Shown: in pieces, positions 11,514 to 23,623 of the stretch
Layout: the number at the start of each line of letters is the position of its first letter
Numbering within the stretch: the first letter of the stretch is position 1
Assembly (NCBI RefSeq): GCF_000150275.1
Contig: NW_002060949.1
Span: 3,354,449-3,418,448 of the forward strand
Source of the DNA: Trichoplax adhaerens
Taxonomy: Eukaryota > Animalia > Placozoa
Reading direction: 5' to 3'
DNA length: 64,000 nt
Position numbers and translations under genes: made by a program
Notes under the pieces: model-generated
What the model saw: only the letters and a program-made list of their open reading frames with translations
Told to the model about the DNA's origin: nothing
Databases searched by the model: none

Positions 11514-14480
11514 TTATTTGAGGTGCATTAGCATTAAGTGAGGATTTTCTACGAAAGACTTCCAAAGATTGGAAAAACGGGCCATCACAGCTCCTTCAAT
11601 AATGCGATGATCTGCAGACCAGCTAACGTTCATTAATTTAGCTTCATGCACTTGTCCACTCTCATTGAATCTTGGAACAACCTGCCATTAGAATAATAGT
11701 TTAAAAAGAACATAGATAAATAATACAGTGGTTGCAGACATGACAAAAACGTTTATAAAATTAGAAATACCTGTGTTCGGCCGAAAGCACCAATAACCAC
11801 TTGCGGAGTCAGTATAACAGGGTGTGAATAGGTACCTCCAATCTAAAGAGATGTATCAATTACAAACGTTAGAATTTGTGATTACTTTAATTGGCAAACT
11901 ATATTCTATTCCAGCTTTGACAAAAAAATGTTACGACTATACACGTACAGATCCAATGTTAGACAAGGTAAATGTACCACCAGATAAATCATCCACTCCA
12001 AGTTTTCCAGCCATGCCTAATTCTCTTAGTCTGCTAAATTCTAATGACACGTCGACAAGTGATAATTCCTAGAAAAGAGTGTGCATCATTTGGCTATTCC
12101 TACGGTTCTTACCAGATTTTAAAGATTTATTTCATACTCTATCTCGGTACCTGAACATTCTTGATATTCGGTACAATTAAGCCTTGTTCAGAATCCATAG
12201 CGAAGCCAACATTGTGAGAACTCTAACAACAATAACATGATATCGAGTCAGAAGCCATAAATTAAGAGTAATTTTTGATATTCATACCTTATATATAATA
12301 TTTTCACAGTTTTCGTCAACGCTGCTATTTAAAATTGGAAATTCTTTTAGAGCAAGCGACGCCGCCTAAAGTGAAAGTAATAAGAGTTGTATAAATACTA
12401 TTTACTTCATCAAGGAAGCAGAGAAAAGAGAACTGCGAATCTACCTTAATGAAAAAAGGCATCATTCCTATTGGAGTACTACCGCTTTGTTTCCATTTTG
12501 CGATTAAGCTGAAAGGGATTCGATAAAATACAAAATCGATGTATTCTACTATCAAGGGTAATAGTTAAGAACTGTATTTTCATACTTACTCAGATAAGGC
12601 ATTCATAGAGATTTCATCACAATATCCAAACTGAGGAACTTTCAATGATTCGGTCATGGTTTTAACCATAGCCTTGCGAATTCCACGTATGGGAACAGGA
12701 ACACCATCGTCAATGGGCGATTGCTTAGGAGTCGGTTTCGACGAAATAGGCGCAGGTTCTTTAACGGTTTCTGAATGATATAATGTGTGCATTAACATTG
12801 CGAATTAGATTGCAATCTTCTTTGTAATGCTGCAAAATTTTCATTTCCCTCGATGATTACTATCGTAACTTACCTGAAGCTTGTGGTTGTTCAAGATATC
12901 GAAGCATATCTTCTTTTAAGACTCTCCCATCTTTTCCTGTAGCGGGTACTTTTGCCAGATCAATCTAAAATCAAATATGAGACTTTAAATTATAGCATAG
13001 AAATGCTATTACAATTGTTCTAGCAGTACTGACTTTATTTTCCATAGCAATTTTGCGAACAGCAGGAGTTGCTAACACCTTGTCAATGTTGAGATTGGCA
13101 GCTTCCACCTAGCGAAATAGATAATAACATCAGTTGACGCCCATGAGAGTAGAGTAGAGTAGAAGTGATGGAGGAATTTTAGTATTGGTGAGTTATTGGT
13201 TGGAAACTTTTGTTCATTACGGTTACTTTGTAAAGCGTAGACTATTCAATAGAACTTTTAGTGTTTCCAAACTACTTCAAGTTGATTATTTTCATTAATA
13301 CCTTCCTGGACTGGGTTGCCTCTTTCGGGGTAGAATCCTGCTGTTCTGGAGTACTTTGAATGCCTTCTGAGTCGGCTGCATCATCATTTAATTCAATGTC
13401 AATTAGTGGAGTACCGACATTTGCGATATCATCAACCTCGTAGTAGAGTTTTGTAACAATTCCATCGTAGCGACTTGTGATTGTTACAGAGGCCTATCAT
13501 TGCAAATAATTCATGTTAATCACTAAAGCATCACTGTAGGACAATAAGTTTGGTTTTCTAGAGACACCATCATAGGCTGACCTTGTCACTTTGCACTTCG
13601 CATACATTATCAAACTGTGCAACAGGATCGCCAACTTTAACAAACCTAAATTATTCCATTTATGAAAAGCGTAACTTATAATTTGCCAGCATAGAATCGA
13701 TACGCAAAATAGATTAATATGACGGATTCATTTTTTCATGTAGAATTACCATTCTTTGATACTGACTTCGGTGATACCTTCACCGATGTCCGATAAATTG
13801 AAGGCAATCACCTTTCCCAACGAGGCTGTCAATAAAGTAGAGAGTGGATAAATAAATGTGTTTTATATTTACTGAAATGCAAGATATCAAGATATAGTTT
13901 CTTATCCAATTGTATCCTATCCTCTATCTCGTATGCTCAATCTGGCTTGGTTTTATCGTCTACTGTAATCGATCTACAGTACCTACACGGGCTTGTGTCA
14001 GAAATTTTCTTAACTAGTTTGCGGTGCCTACCTGTAGAAATGCGCAACTGTCTTGACGAAATAGCGTCGAATGGATTGCATAAAGTCTTGCCACTATCGC
14101 GTATGCTCTACAACATGCAATAGATGATCATCGTCATAAAAGTAAGATTCCATCATGATTTCGTTATCCTCTATAGTCACTATCCATTGCCTAAAATTAG
14201 ATTAGCAGAATTGGTATCAAGAGAACTAACCGTAGCGAGAGACTTTGTCGACGTGCAGCTATGGTTGATGAATGGGCATGACGATGTTAAAGTCCTACAA
14301 GCTCGACGAGCAGCTGGCCCCACTGACAGTCGCTATTTCAAATAATCAAAATGATAGACAGTCTTATACAATTCGTCTGTAGCTAATCATTCAAGATTGG
14401 CCTACCCTATTTCAACTTACAGCGGGCAAATGGCTAGGCAATCGTCGGATGACTAGACGACTAGAGAGTAAAGCAGCCAT
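11514..14480 (-). CDS. DBT: Dihydrolipoamide branched-chain transacylase E2 (BCKDH E2), multi-exon
   Basis: Mitochondrial leader [15 protein letters not shown] (ATG at 14480). Lipoyl domain [18 protein letters not shown]...VQSDK|[12 protein letters not shown]3-binding [10 protein letters not shown]...[11 protein letters not shown]. Catalytic domain [30 protein letters not shown]. Ends [15 protein letters not shown] introns in phase. Confidence 0.96.
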
Positions 14481-14661
14481 GGAGAAGATGAATTTTCCAC
14501 CTTGGGAGACCACTCACGTATGTTGGTCATGGACAGGGGGTTATGGGTTGTGGTCGACTTATTACTCTACTGTCCCGAACAGCTCCTAGCTCAATACGCT
14601 TGCGTAGGATCATCATTAGCGTAGGCTGGAGGTTTCCCATCGCTGTCTCAGTCGGTGCGGA

Positions 14662-15120
14662 CACTGTACCATGTAACAGTGCAACAGCTGGTCTATTCCT
14701 GTAAGTGTTGACTGTACTACGTTACTGTAGCCAGTTTGATCACAGTACGTACAGTGTACAGTACAATCCAGTCCATCCCAATGACACTGTACCTTGTGCA
14801 TAATAAGTTGTCACCTTCTCCCTTAAAAAGAGAATAAGCTCCTTGTTACTTTTTGGGGAGAAGGATGACAACTGCTATGTAAAGAGGATACCATTCTGAT
14901 ACTGTACTGTACAGTGTACAGTACTGTAGTCTCTGATGAAACGTACTGTACAGTACTGTACTGTACTGTACTGTACTGTACTGTACACTGTACGCCCAAT
15001 GTGTACAGTGTACAGTGTACACTTTACAGTGAAATATGTACTTTGCACTGTATCCTTGTACTGTACTGTACTGTATAGCGTAGCGCGGTCGAAACGAGTC
15101 TAAACTACAGTACTGTACTA
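14662..15120. promoter_or_regulatory. Bidirectional DBT/CWC27 promoter with TACAG/CTGTA repeat array
   Basis: Divergent ATGs at 14480 (-) and 15245 (+). The interval is filled with (CTGTA)n, ACTGTACAGT and TGTACA palindromes, e.g. 14944-14993. Confidence 0.75.
14806..14873. repeat. Imperfect inverted repeat, about 25 bp arms with 18 nt loop
   Basis: agttgtcaccttctcccttaaaaag (14806-14830) pairs with ctttttggggagaaggatgacaact (14849-14873). Confidence 0.8.
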
Positions 15121-15244
15121 TAGGCAATGCAACATTAGCGAAGTTGTCCTAGCTACTGCTATTTCCATCAAAATCCTTCATCTTTGAAGTGCGAGGTTGT
15201 CTGGCGATTGCTTGGCTTTTACAACAAGCTACAACAACTGTAAA

Positions 15245-18200
15245 ATGAGTAATATCTACATTACTGAACCGCCAACAAGTGGCAAGGTAAGATTACTTTA
15301 GACAGATTGACTATCATTCTGCTTCAACTGTTGAAAACTGTTCTACTGGTGATGCTAGTACCTGCAGTAGCTCAAACGGCCACCACAGTAGCCAACAACC
15401 TATCCCTCGATACAACCCTTGCAGCGCTCTACTTGCAGATCATGGATATTGGTAGTCTGGAAACGACTACCAAATCAATTGAGCTTATTCAACATTCAAC
15501 AATTTGAATCCATATAGACAGCTTTTACCATAGAACTTGGATATATCCTATAGTTATTATCATACCATGCAATTTTCCAACAGTTACTATTATCCTTTGA
15601 TATGAAATAAATACTCATAGTCTATCGTACGTTTGCCTATTTCATCAACAGCTAAGGTATCTTGCCATCATGATATGCATGACGTTGCACATCTACAAAA
15701 TGCCATTCCAAGATCTTCACTAGCTGTATCTAATTTTCTTGCCTATTTCTTGCATAAACTACATGTTTGATATTATCTCATGGCTATACCGTATAGTGGA
15801 TATTCCCAAAGATACCAGTATATTCGTGCAATGCATACTTGTAGTCCATTTTTGGGCAGTACTTGCCTTCAAACCGTGGAGGTCATTACAGTCATTATCA
15901 GGGAGGTCTTCAATTTGAACCTCAATACCTAGCCTGTAAACCATAATGATGTATTATTATAGTATGGCAATGATATCCAATATTGGCCTACGATAAAATA
16001 GTATACCTATCATAATTATTATAGTAAATCAAACCAACATTGAATAATTGTCGAACTCATGAGATAATATCATCAACTCAAATAATGAATTAAACACAAA
16101 CTTACAGTATATTCATCCTTGAGCTAATTTGAATCAAAATGAAGTATGTTAATAAAAATATTATGATTTTATAAACTCTGTATCAATAGCATTCTCAACA
16201 AAAATTTGATGTAACGTAGGTCTTGGTAGTAACTTCCTGTGGAGACATTGACATCGAATTATGGTCTAAAGAAGCACCTAAAGCTTGCAGAAACTTTATA
16301 CAGCTATGCATGGAAGGCTATTATGATTCTACCGTCTTTCATAGGGTTGTCAAAAGTATGTATCTGAGACACATTCATAAGTAATCAGTAATCGATATGG
16401 CAATTAAAAATACTTTGACTTTTCAATTTTCTTCAAGTCGAATAAACATGCAGCTCGTCATAAATTTGTATCATCTACAGTGAACAAAATGTTTTGCTTC
16501 TAAACTAGATTTCATTATCCAAGGCGGAGATCCTACAGGAACTGGTCAAGGTTGCTTTTAGATTTAATTTTTGTCGGTATTAATGATTGTCAGTTCCACT
16601 GAGTAAAACAGATTTGTGCATGCAGAATAATAATAGCTGTTAATGATGACGAAATATTGTACACATTAAGAGATAATTCTTCAATATCAACACTCTTACC
16701 AGCCTTAGTAGCGATAATTTAAATTAAATTTATTCAAAAATTGTGAATTTAAACTAGTTATTCTTTATAATGCACATTAAAGTCAATGTACAGTAAATTG
16801 ATGCATAATATAGAATTTGTACCGTATCAATTCAATGATATTTTCGACAAGTTTATAATAAGATAGCAATTAAGGTAGCTGTAATCAAGGCTAAATTTAT
16901 GTAGCTGGATATTTAAATAGTCAAAGATCAACTCACAAAGGCTCGCTTTAACTTCAAAATGTAACTTTATCTTAACTAGGTGGTGAATCCATCTACGGAA
17001 AATCATTCCAGGTAAGATCTGTAACTTAAAATCAATATTATGCAGCGTTTAAATTAGCTCTAGATCTTCACTTTGTATCATCATTAATGGACAATAAAAT
17101 TTCTGGCCTAGAAATTTGTATAATATTGACGTTTGATAGATATCTACTATGTAATATTATAACAGGACGAATTTCATCAACGACTAAGATACACGCGAAG
17201 GGGTTTAGTCGGTGTAGCCAATTACGGACCGAATACAAATGGTAGTCAATTTTTTTTTACCTTAGACCGAGCTGATGAATTAAACGGCAAGAACACTATA
17301 TTTGGAAAGGTTGGCTATAGATTCCCTAAATAATTACTAAAAGAATAAATCGTTTGATCCATACTGATATGTACATAATAATACAATTTATTACTGTTGA
17401 CGACTTAGGTCACCGGTAATACTATCTATAATGTACTTAAAATTGCTGAGGTTGAAACTGATGGGAACGATCGACCACTTTATCCTCCAAAAATTATTAA
17501 AACAGAGGTGATGTTCTTGCACTGTATAGACTGTGTCACAATTGGATAGTGAAATTAAGAATTGTGTAGATATTATCTTGTTTTGCAGATTATATGATAA
17601 ACCTTTGTAATAACATTGCTGATCATCTATGATGTAGGTACTTGCAAATCCTTTCGACGATATTGTTCCTAGATTACTGCAAAAAGCTAAGCCTAAGGTT
17701 GAAATTGAAGCAAAGAAGCAGGCAAAATCAGCAGCAACAAAGTACAGTATTTAAAACTTGTCTATATGATGCAGTCACTTAATTTTAGCTAGTTGTGTTT
17801 AATCAGTATCTTTCTATCACAACAAATTTTAATTTTTATCTAGAAACTTTAAATTACTGTCTTTTGGGATGGAAGAAGAAGAAAATGACGGTGATGTTGC
17901 AGCTACATCCACAGATCGCAAAATTAGGAGTAGTCATGATGTCCTTGATGATCCAAAACTAAGTGCTGAGCCAGCCATCGAGTCAAGCAGTAAAAGGCGA
18001 CTTTCTGACGATGAAGAAGTTAGACTCTTGTATAGCCGTAATTATTGCAAAATGACAATTAATTTAATTATTTAATGATATTTCTTACGTGATTTAGAAT
18101 GTATCGGAAGAATATGACAACCTCATGAAAGAACGGATTAGGAATAAACTACAGAATAGGAATCAAATTGAAAAACCAGTTATTGAAACGCAGGAAAAGA

Positions 18201-19228
18201 AGATTTCTAGAACGTAAGATTGATACTACTATTCCTGCTACCATTTCAGTTTCGTAAACTAGACATTTTGAAAATTAATATTTATTGTTTATTTAAAAAT
18301 TGTTAGTTGTAAAATTTTCATTCATTACATCGATATTACTTTAGTGAAGAGTTACGAAAAGAGGCAAAAGTACTGATGCGAGAAATAAAAAAATCCCGCA
18401 AACAGGAAACAGTAAAGGATGAATCAGATGGTATCGAAAATTTGCAAAGCATAATTTATTATTATACGTATAAGTACCTAGTAAATAACTTGTATTAAAA
18501 ACATAATGACAGATGATGAGGATGAAGAAGAGGGTGAAAATGAAGTTATGAAAGAGTATAGAGAGCAACAGCAGAAATACTCTACGAATAAAAACTTACG
18601 AAAGGACTCTAATAGGGAAAAGAAGGTACATACACATGCAGTAGATGTATCATTCCTATGGAGCGATAACAGTAAAATGTACCAGTAGAGTGAATATGAC
18701 AGTAGTATATTTACAGTTTTTAAATCTGCACAAATTGAATGATAAATGAACTCTTCAATCGGTATCTGGTATATAATATAATCCTCGAATAGGCTACATA
18801 TAAATTTTATATCCGAATTTTAGACTCTTGAATTCTTAGCGAAATTCCAATCAAAGCTTCAAGCAGCAAGAAGTATGCCTTCGGATAACGACTCCATGAA
18901 TACTGATGGAAAAGATAATAAGTCCTTATTGACTAATGATGAAGATACAGATGAAGATGTTCAAGATGATAGCTGGTATGTAAATCGTTATCAATCAATA
19001 CCGATTGAATACTGACGATATAGAATTTAAATCATAAGACAAGAATCATAGAATAGAGTATCTAATAGACTTTATTGCAATGATAGGATGTCTATTCGAT
19101 TGGATATCGATAATACAGAACATAAATCTAGGGATCCGAATAAGCAAGACGTCGACGCCTACCATATTTACGATCCGAGAAATCCGATCAACAAGAGACG
19201 ACGTGAAAAAGGAAAAGAGAGACGTTAA
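15245..19228 (+). CDS. CWC27: Spliceosome-associated cyclophilin CWC27 (SDCCAG10), multi-exon
   Basis: MSNIYITEPPTSGK|VLVVTSCGDIDIELWSKEAPKACRNFIQLCMEGYY...IIQGGDPTGTG...DEFHQRL...NGSQFFFTL. Also KNFKLLSFG, IRSSHDVLDDPKLS and C-terminal YDPRNPINKRRRE, all characteristic of CWC27. Confidence 0.96.
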
Positions 19229-20404
19229 ATTTTTATAATTCATTGTAGGCCTGACTGAAATCGAAAAATATAACTTGATTTAATTTGACTGTGGATAAAC
19301 TACTGTAATATACTTTATCATTTTTAATTTTAGCTTATCTCTGATGATGTATGTTTACAATATTTATTGTACATACTACTTTATTCATAAATATAGAGTA
19401 GTAAAGTTTGTAAATGATTACTGTAAAATGTCTTGTAACTGAAAAGATGCCTGTTAAAGATAGTTTACCGTGTGGATGCCTCCCTATACAAATTACAAAC
19501 TGTAAAATGAAATTATGAAGAGTAAAGTTTTATATCCTTAAGCGCAATTCGAAATAAAACTACATTTCTTCACAATTGTTGTATAGAATAAGTTCATACG
19601 ACATAAAACAAGGTAATTGCTTCAATAGAAGCACAGACTATTTGTTTGATTCATGCTAATACTACTGTACGACAACTTGCTTGTATTAGCACTTGTTCTC
19701 ACAGTGATAAGTGGATCCAAACGCATTCTAAGATATAATAGAGTCTATGGTTCTGTTTGTATAGTCTGTGGTACAGCATAGTTAACATCAAGAAATTGCA
19801 AGCACGTCCTAGCTGTGCAAACTATAAATACAGCAGATCAAGTTTGCTAGCTCATTATAAGGTAGATATTGTACGCACCACACATTGTACAAGTGATTCC
19901 CCTTTACTGTTAGTAACATAACCTGTTAACATGCTCATCGTCAACATCTGCTGAAATTTAGCAGTCAACGAAGGTTCAATAGTACATCCATCAAAGTGTT
20001 GGAAGGTTTGTTTTTATTGCCATGTTCAATATAAAGAACTTTTGAAAGCATGCAATATTAACCTTTGAATCTTACTGATTTAGATAATATACAGTTAACA
20101 ATAATTTGCAAATTCATGAAGAAAACGTAACGTCATCGCAGTGACTGGCAAGCGTTAGAATAGTATACATCATGGACAATTCCAAAGCAGTACTAAGAAA
20201 AAGTTAGATTTTGGTATTTGATTTCACATACTGTATCTTTAGTATGTAGTGATGGCCTGAATGAATTTAGTAGATCTGGACCTGTTTACACAATTTGGTA
20301 AGGATCGATTGATTGCATTATTTTCCTTTAATAGATGAAAAAGGTATTTACTTTCTAACACTGCGATAAAACCAGCCTTGACCACTTAAAAAATATCGAC
20401 CCTG

Positions 20405-22336
20405 TTACAATGACTTTTTGGATTCATACCATTCTGGTACTTGTTTCTTTGACGCTGAGGAGATGGTTATAGATTGACTATCTTTAGGAAGGGGAGATTG
20501 CCATCCATAACGATTGTCCGGAATACTGGAACGTGAGATTGTATCAGGAACGAAAGTCTCGATACCTCGATGTAAGTCGAGGTATCTAAGGCTGGCAGAA
20601 GTGACTCCTATTAGAGTTCCACTCAAGATCATAGCTGCTACACTGCGGACTAATACAAACAATAAAAGGATGCAATTATAACTTGTGTTTATTTATTGAT
20701 CGGTTATATCTTTAGCAATTTCAATTTTATCTCTATCCCGTATGCACGTAATAATGACATACATTTAGCTCCAATGACTAATCCGGCACCAAATCCTCCA
20801 ATAAATTGATTGACAGAGTCGTCTTTTCCGCGAACATAGCTTGTATAGCAGCTTGTTACAGCAAACATGCTACCGGTAGCAGCTAGAGTAAGCAATAAAG
20901 ACAAGTTATTGCATCGACTAACATCAAATGTAAAAGATACATTACATGTGCTGTAACTATGATTACACACCAGTCTACACAACTGTATGTGGTGGTATCA
21001 TATTGTTCACTTTGTATTCACTTACCAAAGGTAACTGTACAGGTAGCAAGTTTTCCTAGATTTATAATACCGGGGCGGTAGAGAGGCGGGTACGGTTGTG
21101 GTTTTTCGTAGGCTAACGCGACGTACATTGCGCCATATAGTGTACCTTAAATCTAGATAAAAGTTAAAAGTTAATGTAGAATTGTGATGCAGTATCCACT
21201 ACGGTAGTTACTACTTTAGTGTATTTATGGATTGAATTTGTGTCAGCGTAGATTAGTCGTGAAAGGATGATTTCTTTCATCAATGGGCAAATTTAAAAAA
21301 TTAGCATAACTGTTAACAGCACTAGAAAAGGCAAAGTCAAAATCTTGAGCTTTTCTCGCTTGGTAGCACTCCTTACGATCATTTCAGTAAAGGGTTTTAA
21401 TCGTTACGTGAGTCTAATCAATTATTGCTATCTATTTATGATTAATTATCAGCGATATTAGCATGAGAAATGAATTGATGATGTAGCTGAAAATTGGGAA
21501 AGGAAGAAAAGGCGTTTAGTCAGGTGCACTCGATTGGTACTATGCGAATAAAGACTACAGCTAAGGCTTTAGGAACAGGAAAGGTTAAGATGTTGTATTG
21601 TAGCAGCGAAATGATAACATTACGTATTCATTATAATCCATCCTTTGCTATCTTCGTATTCCATATGTTGATGAAAGGGTTGATAGGAAAATATGGCCAA
21701 AGTGAGCTAGCAAGATAGATGTATATTGTTTCGTTGTCTCAAGATCTTGGTACTATTTATAGTAAGAAGGATATTTTAAATCATATCCTTTCATGAACAG
21801 TGTAAGATAACTTCCTACTTTCCTAGTGCATTCTAGTCGACAGTACTCGATCTTTGTATGTTTATTAAGGTACGCGTATTTTTCGACAACTCTTTATCAA
21901 CGCCTTGTTGGCTGTTGGTTTTGTCTCAAAGTTGACTGGCTGCATTGTACGCTGTATAATGATTTTCGGCCAATTTGGCATGTTGGCTAATAGTCCAAGA
22001 TACAATGATGGTATTCGAAACTATTCAGCTTACGACACTATTCTAGTAGAGGTATATTCTATCATTGGAGGGAAATGCTATATGCAGCATGTTGCAGGCG
22101 TTGAAATGACTTTACTCTTGCCGATCAAGTTGAGTAGCAGCATGGTTGCATTGGTATCACTTACCGAATACACCGCCAGTAATGCTGTAACCTATCGCTT
22201 TATCTACACAATCTTCACCGTCTCCAGTATAGCGGATATTCTTGTGAACAATTTGGTTTAGTATGCCGCTTTTCCTATTTTGGCGAAAAGAGGAAATATT
22301 GGTGTTTAACTTTGGCGAGTCGTCGTTCTCCGCCAT
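20405..22336 (-). CDS. NDUFA11: Complex I accessory subunit NDUFA11 (B14.7; Tim17 family), 4 exons
   Basis: Exons at about 22164-22336, 21025-21147, 20763-20883 and 20405-20650 give ...YTGDGEDCVDKA...AATGSMFAVTSCYTSYVRGKDDSVNQFIGGFGAGLVIGAK..., resembling human DGTDCHRKA...[22 protein letters not shown]. Confidence 0.85.
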
Positions 22337-22353
22337 CTTGACTGGTATAGCGT

Positions 22354-23095
22354 CTACTGTAGTTTTAACAGTACTGCCCGTTTTTGTACGGTCTACAGTC
22401 TGTAGTTGACTGTGACTGTACGGCACTGTCCATCTGTCTTTCTGTACAGTATCGTGTACAGTACATAATACTGTACACTGTAGGCATTTTACACGTCTGT
22501 ACAGTGTACTGTACTGTAGATACTCGAAGTAGTCAGTGCTTAGTTGAAAACATTAGGGCTTGAGTCTGTCTGTCTGAGACAAAAAAGACATCAGATTCAA
22601 GGTGGAAAACGTTAGGACTTGAGTCTGTCTGAGACAGAATGGCCATCAGATTCAAGATGGATATTTCAATACGTCTGTACAGTACAGTACAGTACAGTAC
22701 TGTAGCCATAGAATACTGTACTGTAGATATTCGAAGTAGCAAGTGCCTTAAATAGAAAACATTAGAGGTTAAGTCTGTCTGTCTGAAACAGGATGGACAT
22801 TAGACTCAAGGGGATATTTTGATACGTCTGTACAGTGTACAGTACTGTATGGTTAGTAGAAAACATTAGAGCTTGAGTCTGTCTGTCTGAAACAGGATGG
22901 ACATCAGATTCAAGGGGGATATTTTGACATACAGTACTGTACAAGACCGTAGGAAACAGTTGAGCTTAAGTCTGTCTGTCTGAAACAGGGTGAACATCAG
23001 ATTCAAAGGGGATACTGTATTTTGACACATCTGTACAGTGTACAGTACGCTGTACTGTACGGGTAGAATACTGTAGATATTCTAAGTAGCCAGTA
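22354..23095. repeat. Promoter tandem array: five copies of a 39-44 bp hairpin core separated by variable TACAG-rich spacers
   Basis: Core CTTGAGTCTGTCTGTCTGAAACAGGATGGACATCAGATTCAAG at about 22559, 22618, 22768, 22872 and 22965. Each is preceded by GAAAACATTAG-like sequence, and most are followed by GGGGATATTTTGA and TACAG runs. Lies between divergent NDUFA11 and EFCAB14-like genes. Confidence 0.9.
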
Positions 23096-23623
23096 CTTCA
23101 AAGTTACCTTGTGTATGGTATGAATCAATAGCAGCAATGAATGTTCGAGTAGCTAGACAGAGAGAGTCAATCGCCCATTTTGACCATGTTGAACGACGGC
23201 TAGGTGTCCGTCCCATCCGTTTTTGTGAGAGCAGTCCCGGACTGGAGACTGTACTGTATGGTTTAGTATCCATGGTAGCATGTATCCGTATCAGGTAATG
23301 CCATCTTCAACACTTTACTATAGGAATGACCACTAATATACTGTGGCTAGAACATAATTACTGCCTCGACAGCACAGTATGAAGTAGAAGATCGACACTA
23401 GCTGTACAGTATATAAACAGCACAACCGACAGACTGCAAGCCATTTCAATATTTCAACAACGACAGCCAAGTTGCATTTCAACACTTGCTTGTGATCGAC
23501 AAATCTGATCAATCAACACTGGTTGGGCCTTATCCATCATCGAATTCAGTAGGAAAATTACTCTCCATCTTCTTCAAGTGTTGCAAATCACTTTGACCGC
23601 TTGGTTGTTGTTAATGATACAAC

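Noticed and set aside
14616-15127. ORFs rich in YSTVQ/TVLYC, also at 22533-22944, 39065-39322 and 39592-40123
   Set aside because: These are translations of TACAG/CTGTA promoter repeats, not proteins.
15640-15742. In-frame TGA after a Cys-rich stretch (possible selenocysteine) on the minus strand
   Set aside because: No selenoprotein family resemblance and no SECIS identified; an ordinary stop or non-coding sequence is more likely.
21494-22261. Plus-strand ORFs of 74 and 118 aa
   Set aside because: Lie in or antisense to NDUFA11 intron 1/exon 1, have non-ATG starts and no motifs.
22484-23095. CRISPR array interpretation of the repeat-spacer structure
   Set aside because: Eukaryotic intron-rich context, no cas genes, degenerate repeats, and spacers of unequal length that are homologous to each other.
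23266-23279. RFX X-box-like GTATCCATGGTAGC (and GTTGTCCTAGCTAC near 15143)
   Set aside because: Mismatches to consensus and adjacent genes are not ciliary; chance match is likely.
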